A DNA stretch of 49,561 nucleotides from Candidatus Roizmanbacteria bacterium. Lineage in GTDB: Bacteria > Patescibacteriota > Microgenomatia > UBA1406 > GWC2-37-13. Both the position numbers and the translations under genes were made by a program. Where the stretch lies: NCBI GenBank assembly GCA_016181725.1, contig JACOYT010000018.1, positions 1 through 49,561 of the forward strand. The letters are read 5' to 3'. Under the pieces are notes generated by a model. That model was given only the letters and a program-made list of their open reading frames with translations. It had not been told where the DNA came from and ran no database searches. This document shows positions 16,596-26,438 of the stretch, piece after piece. Every line of letters begins with the position of its first letter. The stretch's first letter is position 1.

Positions 16596-17208
16596 TTGGA
16601 TGATATGGCTCCACAATAAACTCTGCCCAATCTACTCCTTCCGTTGCTATCCCGCGTGGATATTTTTTGTAAATATCTCGAAGATATCTATTGGATAAAA
16701 TATTAAGGTTTCCTTCAACTCCATCTTTTCCTCCCATTTCCTGAAAAGTAAGAAGCATTTCAGAAGTATAAACTTCGGCGTTATTGGAAGTCTTCAGATC
16801 ATCCTCCACATCTTCACCTTTCCAAAAATCACGACTCACACTTGATATATATACCACCTCTGATAAGGAAAAAAGTGGATCAGCGTTTGTTTGATTAATA
16901 AACTCAACAGGTAAATAAACAAGAAGCGGCTTCGTTGTTTCTGGTACCCCATAATCCATAGCAGACACCGCTGGATTAACAAACGTGTAAATATGTCTAT
17001 TTTTTGCTAGATCCCTGAATAAGGTTGTTAAATCGTTTATTATTTTGCTTGGAAAGCGTGTGGGATCTTGTAAAAAACCTAATAAATCATCAAGTACCTG
17101 CTCTGTTGCAAATAGAAAATTTCTGTGCGGTTCAAGATCTCTTTTGACCGGAACTTGTAGTGTTCGATCCAGTTTGTCTTTGACAAAGCGCTCAAACTCA
17201 CTTGACAT
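16579..17208 (-). CDS. hypothetical protein, paralog of 19410-20072
   Basis: I prefer the start at ATG 17208 (MSSEFERF...) because TGcTATAAT lies 7 nt upstream on the minus strand. It shares the motif DPxxFPSKIIN(D/E) with the other copy. Confidence 0.6.
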   Translation of the reverse strand: MSSEFERFVKDKLDRTLQVPVKRDLEPHRNFLFATEQVLDDLLGFLQDPTRFPSKIINDLTTLFRDLAKNRHIYTFVNPAVSAMDYGVPETTKPLLVYLPVEFINQTNADPLFSLSEVVYISSVSRDFWKGEDVEDDLKTSNNAEVYTSEMLLTFQEMGGKDGVEGNLNILSNRYLRDIYKKYPRGIATEGVDWAEFIVEPYHPIIWGS

Positions 17209-17247
17209 TATCCGTATTATAGCAAACTCATAGTATATAATTAAGGT

Positions 17248-17802
17248 ATGCCGGAGCAACAAGAATTTCCAGGAATCGGAGTCCAACTACGCAATACACC
17301 AGAGAAAGTATCTTCTTATATAAAAGCACTCCCAATCCCCAAGGAACCAGATGTCGGACCTTCTGCCGCCAAGAAACTGCGATCAGCCTCCACGATCCGC
17401 GTTCTTCCAATGGGGACACCTCTTATGCTTTCAAACGGAACACTGGTGCGATTAATAAGAGATGTCGCAATCAGTAAAGAAGAATTTGAGGCAATACACG
17501 GCAAAAAGAGAAAACAAGAAACTCGTCGGGTTGCCTCCCAGAACCTTGCTTTTTGGCCAATCGAACTACCGGCCGAAAGTTTTCCGGTGGAAAGACTTGA
17601 ACCTATGCAGTTTAAAAAATTATATGCAGACCCAAAAGAATTCACTCGTTTAGAAAGACGAGAAGGAGTAATAACAGTTAACAAAACTCGTTGTTTTGTT
17701 TATCCAGTTACTCCGCACGAACAAGCTAACGGCAAAATCCGCGTACTTGGGAAAAAAAGATCAGTACTGCAGCGACCAAAGCCGCAACAATTACGTACGT
17801 AA
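17248..17802 (+). CDS. hypothetical basic protein
   Basis: 184 aa ORF. A tataat box at 17236-17241 lies exactly 6 nt before the ATG. No family recognised. Confidence 0.5.
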   Translation: MPEQQEFPGIGVQLRNTPEKVSSYIKALPIPKEPDVGPSAAKKLRSASTIRVLPMGTPLMLSNGTLVRLIRDVAISKEEFEAIHGKKRKQETRRVASQNLAFWPIELPAESFPVERLEPMQFKKLYADPKEFTRLERREGVITVNKTRCFVYPVTPHEQANGKIRVLGKKRSVLQRPKPQQLRT

Positions 17803-17810
17803 GTCATACA

Positions 17811-18191
17811 TCACTTCCTGCTCATTGCTTTCCAGACGCCGTACTGCGCCATGTTCACCACAAAACCCACGGCAAGTGCAAGCCATATTGCCGGCTTCAA
17901 CCCGATACCAACAACCTTAGAGATAGGAGTTCGTGCAAGCACATAGATGGTCAGCGAATTCGCAAACCAGTAAATTAACATCCACACATTTGTTGAGTAC
18001 TTTTTCTTCTTGCCCCATTCGCCAACCAAAGAAACAACGAGTCCCACGAGCAAAGATGAGACAATAACCGCTTGCACCGTGCTTGCTAGGGCATTGCCAA
18101 ATACAACGTTCTTACCAAATAGCAAAAGTGCCAGATAAAATACAATGGCAGTCACAAGAGAAAACCAAAGTACTCTTTGAACAAAACTCAC
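17811..18191 (-). CDS. hypothetical 4-TM membrane protein
   Basis: GTG start with aaggagg 9 nt upstream. 126 aa with four hydrophobic helices. Confidence 0.55.
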   Translation of the reverse strand: MSFVQRVLWFSLVTAIVFYLALLLFGKNVVFGNALASTVQAVIVSSLLVGLVVSLVGEWGKKKKYSTNVWMLIYWFANSLTIYVLARTPISKVVGIGLKPAIWLALAVGFVVNMAQYGVWKAMSRK

Positions 18192-18270
18192 AACGATTTC
18201 ACCTCCTTACCCCTAGTATGAATGATTGTTTTTCCCTTTGTCAAGCCGATTCGTAAGGTACAATAGGAGC

Positions 18271-19413
18271 ATGAGAAACCTTTCTATTTTCTTGTTTCTT
18301 CTTCTTGCGATACTAACTATCATACTCTTTCGCAATTTTCTCTCTCCTGTTATTGTAAAAAAACCGCAACCAGAAACAGAGCTTTCCAACGAAACAAAAA
18401 CTGATTACCATGTGGAGGTCTTTGTACAAGATCTGTATGTTCCCTGGAGTATGGCTTTTACCTCAAAAGATCGCATGCTTGTCACCGAACGCAATGGAAA
18501 TATTCGCGTGATAGAAAACGGCGTCTTGAATCCAAGCCCGCTTGCCACCTTTCCTGAAGTCTCCGCAACTGTCGAGGAGGGACTTATGGGCCTTGCGATT
18601 GATCCCGACTATGAGAAAAACAAGTATCTCTATGTCTGTTTAGCTTACCCAAGAGGAGACAAGCTTGTTGATAAAGTTGTCCTTTTGAAAGACGAGGGTA
18701 AAAAAGCATCGGTACAGAAAACCATTATTGACAATATTCCTTCCGCCCAATTTCATGCGGGATGTCGTATAAAGTTTGGGCCTGACGCAAAGCTCTATAT
18801 CACAACTGGAGATGCAACAGAAAGAGACCTTGCACAGGATAAATCCTCTTTGGCAGGAAAAATCCTTCGTATCGAAAAAGACGGCTCAATACCAAAAGAC
18901 AATCCGTTTCCAAATTCCCCGATCTGGTCACTCGGACACCGAAACCCACAAGGGATCGCTTGGCAACCAGACACCAATCTACTTTTTGAGACAGAACATG
19001 GACCAACCGGCGGAGATGAAATAAATATTATTAAAAAGGGAAAAAACTATGGTTGGCCTATCGTCTCCCATGAAAGAACAAAACCGGAATTTGTTTCGCC
19101 GAAGCTTGTCTTTACGCCTGCCGTTGCGCCCGCCTCCGCGCTGTTTTATAAATCCGGAAAAATTCCTCAATTCAAAAACAACTTCTTTTTTGGGGGATTG
19201 CGTGGCGAAGGGGTGTTTCGCGTAGTAATTTCGGATACCAATCGTGAAAAAATTGTATCGAATGAAAAACTAAAAGATATCGCGGTCGGGAGAGTTCGTG
19301 ATATTATCGAGGGGCCGGATGGTACAATTTACTTTGCAACATCCAACCGCGACGGCCGCGGCGACCCACGTCGAAACGACGATAAAATCTTAAGGATTTC
19401 CCCAACTCGTTAA
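18271..19413 (+). CDS. PQQ-dependent sugar dehydrogenase (soluble glucose/sorbosone dehydrogenase family), signal-anchored
   Basis: I prefer ATG 18271, which has an aggag SD. Motifs include GLMGLAIDPDY, HAGCRIKFGPDAKLYITTGD, GHRNPQGIAW, EHGPTGGDEIN and GKNYGWP. Confidence 0.85.
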   Translation: MRNLSIFLFLLLAILTIILFRNFLSPVIVKKPQPETELSNETKTDYHVEVFVQDLYVPWSMAFTSKDRMLVTERNGNIRVIENGVLNPSPLATFPEVSATVEEGLMGLAIDPDYEKNKYLYVCLAYPRGDKLVDKVVLLKDEGKKASVQKTIIDNIPSAQFHAGCRIKFGPDAKLYITTGDATERDLAQDKSSLAGKILRIEKDGSIPKDNPFPNSPIWSLGHRNPQGIAWQPDTNLLFETEHGPTGGDEINIIKKGKNYGWPIVSHERTKPEFVSPKLVFTPAVAPASALFYKSGKIPQFKNNFFFGGLRGEGVFRVVISDTNREKIVSNEKLKDIAVGRVRDIIEGPDGTIYFATSNRDGRGDPRRNDDKILRISPTR

Positions 19414-20072
19414 GAAGCGATTCTTTGACTTCCTCCGACAAAACCGTCTGGAACCTTGTCAAGAATTCTTTTTTGGTAAGAAGTTGGCTTGAAGCTTGGA
19501 TCAACTTTTTGGTACGTACGAAGAAATTCTGCCAGCATTCCATCTGCTTCGTCAGTAATTCGAGAGCTCATTATATTATCTATGCGAGGATCTGTTCTTT
19601 GTGACATCTCAAGTCTTAGTCCCTCCCTCGACATAAATCGATCGAAACTGCCTCTTAAGAATAATTCGTGTGATTCCCGCATTATTACGCCCCATTGTTT
19701 TGGCGTATCTTCGCGAACAAGCTGCTCAAAGCCGGCGGGAAGGATGAGTACCCACCCATAAACTGGAATATACGAAGCTATTGTTTCTTTAGGCTCGTAG
19801 CCTAAAACAAACTCTGCTTCACCTCTTTCTCTGAGATCCTCCGTGAGTCTCTCTCCTCTCACCAAGGATATCTCTCCCTTGGAGATTCTTTCCCGCAGTT
19901 TATTCATCTGTTCGTTGATTATTTTGCTTGGAAAGAGCTCTGGATCGGCAAATAGACCGCAATAATCTAGGAAGAAATCTCTCGTTCCCACTTGTGCATC
20001 AATATCGTATTCCCTTCGTCCAATCTTTTTTAATTCTCTAAGAAAAGGCGTTGATGGCTTAATCCGCTCCAT
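19410..20072 (-). CDS. hypothetical protein, paralog of 16579-17208
   Basis: 220 aa containing the motif DPELFPSKIINE. An 18 nt stretch (19918-19935) is identical at the DNA level to 17039-17056. Confidence 0.6.
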   Translation of the reverse strand: MERIKPSTPFLRELKKIGRREYDIDAQVGTRDFFLDYCGLFADPELFPSKIINEQMNKLRERISKGEISLVRGERLTEDLRERGEAEFVLGYEPKETIASYIPVYGWVLILPAGFEQLVREDTPKQWGVIMRESHELFLRGSFDRFMSREGLRLEMSQRTDPRIDNIMSSRITDEADGMLAEFLRTYQKVDPSFKPTSYQKRILDKVPDGFVGGSQRIAS

Positions 20073-20130
20073 ACCTTACCATCATTATACACCTCTATAA
20101 ATTTTTTGGTGGTAAAATGTTTCAATCGGT

Positions 20131-21246
20131 ATGATTCATACAAAAAAAGATTTCGTCTTCACATCTGAGTCTGTCTGCGCCGGACATCCGGATAAAATCT
20201 GCGACCAAATATCCGATGCGATTGTCGATGAGGTACTTAAACAAGATCCGTATGGTAGAGTAGCTGTTGAAACGCTTGCGACCTTTGACCGGGTTATCAT
20301 CGCAGGTGAAGTAAGTGCCCATGCAAAAGTTAATTATAAAAAAGTTGCGCACAAACAGATAAAGCGTCTCGGATACACCAACGCATCATTTAATTTTTCT
20401 TACCAATCACCGATAAATGTGTTTGTGCATACCCAATCCCCTGAGATATCAAAAGGAGTTGATAAAAAAGGTGCAGGCGACCAAGGTCTTATGTTCGGTT
20501 TTGCCTGCCGCGAAACCGAAGCCCTCATGCCGCTGCCCATCACCATAGCCCATCGCCTCGCCTACGAGATCGACCAAGCACGAGAAAAAAAGATTCTCCC
20601 CTATCTCTACCCGGACGGAAAAACGCAGGTAACTTTAGAATATAAAGGAGGCAAACCATACCGGATACAAAAAATAGTTTGTGCTGTTCCGCATAAAAAA
20701 TCTGTTCACCGTGAAGATGTTCGTGATGCGATCCTCAAAAAGATCATCAAACCGAGCCTTGAGAAGTATGGACTCACGATAGATAAAAGACATTTTATCT
20801 TCAATGGAACCGGTGTCTGGCATAGTGGCGGGCCGGCAGCCGACTCCGGATTAACAGGGAGAAAAATTGTTGTTGATACGTACGGTGGATACGCTCGGGT
20901 TGGAGGAGGATGTTTCAGCGGCAAAGATCCAACGAAAGTTGACAGATCCGGCTCATATGCGGCCCGCTTTATCGCAAAAAATATCGTTGCAAAAAAACTT
21001 GCCGATAAAGCTGAAGTAAGCCTCTCCTACTATATTGGCGCAAAAAAACCGATCATGTTTGAGCTTGAGACTTTTGGCACCTCCAAGACAAAAGAAAAAA
21101 CAATTCGGGATTTTGCAAAAAAAATTCTTGATACCTCGGTTGAGGGAATCTTAAAAGGACTAAATCTTCTTCAGCCCATCTACCTCCCAACTGCCGCATA
21201 TGGTCATTTTGGAAGAGATTCCTTTCCCTGGGAAACCATAGTGTAG
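20131..21246 (+). CDS. metK: S-adenosylmethionine synthetase
   Basis: FTSESVCAGHPDKICDQISDA, GAGDQGLMFGFA, and GGGCFSGKDPTKVDRSGSY. Confidence 0.95.
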   Translation: MIHTKKDFVFTSESVCAGHPDKICDQISDAIVDEVLKQDPYGRVAVETLATFDRVIIAGEVSAHAKVNYKKVAHKQIKRLGYTNASFNFSYQSPINVFVHTQSPEISKGVDKKGAGDQGLMFGFACRETEALMPLPITIAHRLAYEIDQAREKKILPYLYPDGKTQVTLEYKGGKPYRIQKIVCAVPHKKSVHREDVRDAILKKIIKPSLEKYGLTIDKRHFIFNGTGVWHSGGPAADSGLTGRKIVVDTYGGYARVGGGCFSGKDPTKVDRSGSYAARFIAKNIVAKKLADKAEVSLSYYIGAKKPIMFELETFGTSKTKEKTIRDFAKKILDTSVEGILKGLNLLQPIYLPTAAYGHFGRDSFPWETIV

Positions 21247-22209
21247 TTATTTGAGCGCTTCCCTAAAAAACGCCAGGTCCCGCATCAAAATCTCATCCAT
21301 TGATCCTCCCCCGAAGTTATGATCCTCGCCTTCATAGGTATAGAATGTATGCCTGATATTGCTTTTGGAAAGCTTCTTGTCAAGTTCCACGCTCCACGAA
21401 TAGGGTACCGACTCATCAGCTTTCCCATGATGAATAATTAACGGTGATTGAATGAATTTTAAATTCTCTGTTGAAGACAATAATTGAAAATCTTCTTTAT
21501 TAAAGATTCTGTATAGCTCTTTTTCTATCTCATCGAGTTCATCAGGCCTATTTTTTCGGATGAAGTATAAAAAACTTTCTGGAAAGGTCGTTGTTGCCGG
21601 CGCCCAGAGCGTTGCGCCTTTGACCCGATCAGTTATCTCCAACACTCGAAGACTAATCTCACCGCCCATAGAATGTCCCCATAGCAGAACTTTTTGGGGA
21701 TCGGCTTGAGGGATGCTGGGAATTGCTGCAATTAAATTCAGAACATCAACGGTATAGTTGATACGGTTCAATACCCGCGATCGTTCGCCCTCCGACTTCC
21801 CATGCGCCCGATAATCTGGTTTTAAGACAAGGTATCCGCCGGCTGCATAGAAATCAGCGTTTCGTCTGTAGGATTCTCTCGTTGAATATAGGGATGGATT
21901 TATGTATCCGTGATTTATAATAACAACCGGAAACCCGTTCTGTGGTCTTGTACTATTTGGGATATTCATTAATGCGTAAATCTTCAGGCTGTCAGAGGGA
22001 TAAGAAACAATAGAGGAGGTATGCGTTTCCGAATCTCCAAGTGTTTCCTCGACAGTAATTTTTCCAGTTTTAAACTCGCGTCTTTGAAGGGCCAAAATAG
22101 AGTAGGGATTCATCTTGACCTCCTTTGAGGTATTTGTATCTTGCAAGAGATAGACAATGCCTAAAAGAACGATAACTGCAATCCCAAGAAGAAGTACTTT
22201 CTTTACCAT
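21247..22209 (-). CDS. alpha/beta hydrolase (S9/dienelactone-hydrolase-like), membrane-anchored
   Basis: I prefer the start at ATG 22209 (MVKKVLLLGIAVIVLL). It has a GHSMGG nucleophile elbow and a C-terminal D...H (GEDHNF). Confidence 0.75.
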   Translation of the reverse strand: MVKKVLLLGIAVIVLLGIVYLLQDTNTSKEVKMNPYSILALQRREFKTGKITVEETLGDSETHTSSIVSYPSDSLKIYALMNIPNSTRPQNGFPVVIINHGYINPSLYSTRESYRRNADFYAAGGYLVLKPDYRAHGKSEGERSRVLNRINYTVDVLNLIAAIPSIPQADPQKVLLWGHSMGGEISLRVLEITDRVKGATLWAPATTTFPESFLYFIRKNRPDELDEIEKELYRIFNKEDFQLLSSTENLKFIQSPLIIHHGKADESVPYSWSVELDKKLSKSNIRHTFYTYEGEDHNFGGGSMDEILMRDLAFFREALK

Positions 22210-22237
22210 TATTACGGTTATGTTATCATATGAAGCA

Positions 22238-23881
22238 ATGATTAAAGAAAAACTCCTTACCATACTAAAAGTTGCCCTCGCAAAAACTGGAATAAAAGAA
22301 GAGGCTGAGCTTCAGCAACCAATACACATAGACCATGGCGACTACTCAACGGCAATAGCGCTCAAATACGCCAAAAAACTAAAAAAAGATCCGCTGTCTC
22401 TTGCCAAAGACATTGCCAAAAACATAAGAAAAACTGATTTTTTGGAAAAAGTCGATGTGGTTAAACCAGGCTTCATTAATTTTTTCATAGCGCCATCTGC
22501 ACTCCTTGAGAAGATTAAAAACCCTCCCAAATCAGAACAAAAAAATTACAAAATCCTTCTTGAGTTTGGACAACCCAACACGCACAAGGATCCGCATATC
22601 GGCCATCTGTTTTCCTATATTTTTGGAGAGTCGCTATCGAGACTGCTTAAAGCGGAAGGAAACAATGTGTTTAAAGCAAATTATCAAGGAGATGTTGGGC
22701 TGCATGTTGCAAAATGTCTTTATGTCGCAAGAGGCAAGATGCAAGAGACAAGAAACAAATCTCTTCGTGAGAAGGTGAAGTTTTTGCAAACGTGCTATCA
22801 GGAGGGATCAGAGTTGTATGAGAAAGATAAAAAAATAGAGAAAGAGATTGACGCGTTAAACCTGCAAATTTATCAAAACGACCCTGCAATCTATGACGTG
22901 TGGGAACAAACCCGCAAATGGAGTCTGGAATTTTATAAGCAGTTTGAAAAAAAGATTGGAATTCACTACGACAAATATTACTTTGAGAGCGAAACGGCAA
23001 AGATAGGAAAATCGCTAGTCGAAAAAAACACCAGTAAAGTATTTGAGAAAAGCGATGACGCAGTTATATATAAAGGAGAAAAACACGGCTTACATACTCG
23101 TGTTTTTATAACCAAACTGGGAAATCCTACCTATGAGGCTAAAGACCTCGGGCTCGTTGCGTTGAAAAAAAAAGACTTCCCTTTTGATCTCTCGATCGTT
23201 ACAACCGCAAGCGAGCAAAATGCTTATTTCAAAGTAGTTATTGCTGCAAGTGAAGATATATTTCCCCAGTTGAAGAAAAAGCTTATACATCTTGGGTATG
23301 GGATGATAAATTTAATAACCGGTAAAATGTCTTCTCGAAAAGGAGATATTGTTGATGCGTTTGAACTGGTTGATGAGGTAACCGAAACAATTCAATCTAC
23401 CTATAAAATCAGCCAAGACCTTGCCGAAAAGATTGCACTCTCCTCAATAAAGTATTCATTTCTTCGCTCAGATGCGTATAAAGACATCGTGTTTGATATG
23501 AAAAAGAGCATTGCGAAAGAGGGTGACTCCGGGCCCTACCTCCTTTATACCTATGTTCGAACTAAAAGCATCCTTGAAAAAGAAAAACCAAAAAATGCGA
23601 GCATACCAAAAAACCTTAATGAAGAAGAACGAGAACTTTTGAAAAAACTGTCTCGCTTTAGTGAAGCCGTACAAAAAGCCGCCCAGCTCTATGCTCCGCA
23701 TCTCATCGCCCATTACCTTTTTGATCTTTCACAGACTTTTAATCTGTTCTATCAAAAGCATCCGGTCCTTAGGGCCGATGAAGAAACAAAACAGTTTAGA
23801 CTTACGCTTACAAAGGTGGTTGGCGAAACGGTAAAAAAAGGGCTGCATTTACTGGGGATAGAAACAGTCGAAAAGATGTAA
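22238..23881 (+). CDS. argS: arginyl-tRNA synthetase
   Basis: I prefer ATG 22238 (MIKEKLL...). Motifs: NTHKDPHIGHL (HIGH), MSSRKG (KMSKS-like), and a DALR-type C-terminus ending ...GIETVEKM. Confidence 0.92.
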   Translation: MIKEKLLTILKVALAKTGIKEEAELQQPIHIDHGDYSTAIALKYAKKLKKDPLSLAKDIAKNIRKTDFLEKVDVVKPGFINFFIAPSALLEKIKNPPKSEQKNYKILLEFGQPNTHKDPHIGHLFSYIFGESLSRLLKAEGNNVFKANYQGDVGLHVAKCLYVARGKMQETRNKSLREKVKFLQTCYQEGSELYEKDKKIEKEIDALNLQIYQNDPAIYDVWEQTRKWSLEFYKQFEKKIGIHYDKYYFESETAKIGKSLVEKNTSKVFEKSDDAVIYKGEKHGLHTRVFITKLGNPTYEAKDLGLVALKKKDFPFDLSIVTTASEQNAYFKVVIAASEDIFPQLKKKLIHLGYGMINLITGKMSSRKGDIVDAFELVDEVTETIQSTYKISQDLAEKIALSSIKYSFLRSDAYKDIVFDMKKSIAKEGDSGPYLLYTYVRTKSILEKEKPKNASIPKNLNEEERELLKKLSRFSEAVQKAAQLYAPHLIAHYLFDLSQTFNLFYQKHPVLRADEETKQFRLTLTKVVGETVKKGLHLLGIETVEKM

Positions 23882-23902
23882 ATTAATAATTGCTTGGCAA
23901 TT

Positions 23903-25186
23903 ATGTCGTTATTTATCTGCTTTAAGTGTGGTTATGGTGCGGCTTCGTGGCTTGGGCGTTGTCCCGACTGTGGAGAATGGAATAGTTTAAAGGAAAAACA
24001 GGAAGATGAAAGGAAACGCACAAATCGCAAATCGCTAAAACTTACCCCATTGGCAAAGATTCAAAGTGAAAACAAGCAGCGAAAAAAAACAGGAATTTTT
24101 GAGTTTGATCGAGTACTTGACGGCGGGATCGTACCTGGAGGAGTTATTCTTCTTACCGGTGAGCCAGGTATCGGCAAGACCACACTCCTTCTTCAGGCTC
24201 TTAAGAATTTAAAAACGGTATATCTTTCGGGGGAAGAGTCTGCCCAACAGGTAACAGAACGCGCAAAGCGTCTGAGACTCAATCTTAAAAATTTGGTGTT
24301 TTCTGATACGCTTCATGTAGATGAAATAATAGAAGGTATTGAAACTCAGAAAGACTCTTTTGACGCCCTCGTTATAGATTCTGTCCAAACGCTCCGAACC
24401 AGAGGTGGAAAATCTAAGATAGGCGGCATTAACGAATTGAGAGAGTCGGTCAATCAATTAATCCGCTTTGCAAAAAAAGCAGATATCGCACTCATCATGA
24501 TTGGGCATGTAACCAAAGGGGGTCAGATTGCCGGACCGAAAACGCTTGAACATTTCGTAGATTGTGTCCTTATGTTTGAAGGAGATAAAGTTTCTCATCA
24601 CCGAATTCTTCGTGCCAGTAAAAATCGATTCGGCTCGGTTGATGAGATAGGAATATTTGAGATGAGACATGATGGCTTATCTGAAGTTAACAATCCCCTT
24701 GCGTTCTTGGAACCTGATGATCAGGGAGCTTCCGCTGGAAAAACAATCGTTGGCACAGCTGAGGGGAAACGATCTCTTTTCTTTGAGATCCAGACCCTTG
24801 CCGTCTCAACAACCTTAGCCTACCCAAGACGCGTCGTAAAAGGAGTTGATTACAATAAAGTGCTTTTGCTTCTTGCGGTAATCAGAAAACAACTTGGCAT
24901 ACCTATCGATAGGTTTGATATCTATGTTAATGTCGCAGGAGGTGTTTCCGTCAAATCTACGGCAGCCGATCTTGGTATTGCAGCGTCGCTTCTTTCTTCA
25001 ATAAAGAACATCCCTATTCCCAAAAAAACTGTATTTATCGGAGAAGTTGGACTGCTTGGAGAAATACGAAGTGTCCCTTATGAAGAAAAAATCGTCCGTG
25101 AAGCTCGGCGATTGCGTTTCCAAAAAATTCTTACACCGCCTGTCGTAAAACACGTCAAGGATTTAGGAAGAATTCTCTCCGTATAA
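23903..25186 (+). CDS. radA: DNA repair protein RadA/Sms
   Basis: N-terminal Zn ribbon CFKCGY...CPDCGEWNS, Walker A GEPGIGKTTLL, KNRFG motif, and a Lon-like C-terminal domain. Confidence 0.92.
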   Translation: MSLFICFKCGYGAASWLGRCPDCGEWNSLKEKQEDERKRTNRKSLKLTPLAKIQSENKQRKKTGIFEFDRVLDGGIVPGGVILLTGEPGIGKTTLLLQALKNLKTVYLSGEESAQQVTERAKRLRLNLKNLVFSDTLHVDEIIEGIETQKDSFDALVIDSVQTLRTRGGKSKIGGINELRESVNQLIRFAKKADIALIMIGHVTKGGQIAGPKTLEHFVDCVLMFEGDKVSHHRILRASKNRFGSVDEIGIFEMRHDGLSEVNNPLAFLEPDDQGASAGKTIVGTAEGKRSLFFEIQTLAVSTTLAYPRRVVKGVDYNKVLLLLAVIRKQLGIPIDRFDIYVNVAGGVSVKSTAADLGIAASLLSSIKNIPIPKKTVFIGEVGLLGEIRSVPYEEKIVREARRLRFQKILTPPVVKHVKDLGRILSV

Positions 25187-25778
25187 CAGTTTTTTTTCCG
25201 TTTGCCCCGGTTACTTCTATAGCAAGTTCATTTCTTCCTGGATTAAGTGGAAAATCGTAGGTAAACACCCCTTCTTTGTTTTGGTATATGCGCTCATTGA
25301 AGATCATCACGCTCGCTTCTTTTTCAGTCTTTCCAATAACTTTTATCCTATCTTGCTTTTTGAACGTATAGGTCTTTGGGGATAGGATCTCAACTTTTGG
25401 TGGCGAAAAATAAAGTTTCAATTGATATCCAAAATATAAAGCAAGCGCAGCAAAAAGAAGCACCAATCCCCCAATCGCATACTTTCGCGATTCGGGGATG
25501 AGATGTTTGCTTGAGATCTTTTTTTTAAATGTAACTTCTTCTTTGTGCGCGTAGTCACGTCTAAAAAATGCCAGCACCCTCTCATGATCGATACCCAAAA
25601 CATCTGCGTAATTTTTGATAACTCCGGCTATGTATGTTTTTGAAGAAAAAATCTGCCAATCGTTATCTTCGATTGCTTGAAGAAATTTTTCCCTTACCCG
25701 AATTTTTTTTTCTATATCTGTCAGGCTGACTCCCTGTTTTTCGCGCTCCTTGCGCAGGATCTCACCAACCGTAAACAT
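25155..25778 (-). CDS. helix-turn-helix membrane protein (RodZ-like)
   Basis: An N-terminal HTH (GEILRKEREKQGVSLTDIEKKIRVREKFLQAIE), one TM segment, and a beta-rich C-terminal domain. Its 3' end overlaps the radA 3' end by 32 nt. Confidence 0.7.
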   Translation of the reverse strand: MFTVGEILRKEREKQGVSLTDIEKKIRVREKFLQAIEDNDWQIFSSKTYIAGVIKNYADVLGIDHERVLAFFRRDYAHKEEVTFKKKISSKHLIPESRKYAIGGLVLLFAALALYFGYQLKLYFSPPKVEILSPKTYTFKKQDRIKVIGKTEKEASVMIFNERIYQNKEGVFTYDFPLNPGRNELAIEVTGANGKKTVIRREFFLNP

Positions 25779-25871
25779 AAAGCCTCAATGGATATATGGC
25801 TATATTGTTGTATTGTTATATTGTCTCATTTACTCAATAACCATATAGCCATATAACAATATAACCATTGT

Positions 25872-26438
25872 TTATGCTTTTGCCCTCTCTACGTACTCTC
25901 CAGTCTTTGGATTAATAACAATAAGATCCCCTTTTTTTATAAAAAGAGGGACCATTACCGCCGTCCCCGTCTCTATGATTGCCTGTTTTTTTGCTCCCGA
26001 AACCGTATCCCCTTTTACCGCATCTTCGGTATCAACCACACGAAGTCGCACGCTTAGAGGAGGTTTCATATTCAATGGTTGATCGTTGCAGACTAAGACA
26101 TAGTATCTTTCACCCTCCTTTAAGAATCTTGAGAGTCTCCCCACCAAAGAAGTAGGAAACGCAACTTGATCGAAACTTTTCTCATCCATAAAATAGAGGT
26201 CTTTGGAATCACTATAAAGATACTGCATCTCTTTTGCCTCAACAAAAGCTTTCTCAAGCATCACTGCTGTTTTGAAGGTAATATCGGCATTCTTTCCGGA
26301 AACCGCATTCTTGAGTTTGGTCCGTATCATTGCCATTCCGCGACCTTGGAAAGAAAACTCTGTCTTCTGTACCTGCCATATCTCATTTTGGTATGCGATG
26401 TAATCGCCTTTTTTCAAGTTCCCCGCGTTCACTTTCAT
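25872..26438 (-). CDS. efp: elongation factor P
   Basis: 188 aa: [10 protein letters not shown]...[22 protein letters not shown]. Confidence 0.93.
   Translation of the reverse strand: MKVNAGNLKKGDYIAYQNEIWQVQKTEFSFQGRGMAMIRTKLKNAVSGKNADITFKTAVMLEKAFVEAKEMQYLYSDSKDLYFMDEKSFDQVAFPTSLVGRLSRFLKEGERYYVLVCNDQPLNMKPPLSVRLRVVDTEDAVKGDTVSGAKKQAIIETGTAVMVPLFIKKGDLIVINPKTGEYVERAKA

Noticed and set aside
20073-20130. A SAM riboswitch upstream of metK.
   Set aside because: Only 58 nt separate metK from the upstream gene start, and most of that is taken up by a TGgTAAAAT -10 box. There is no room for a riboswitch aptamer.
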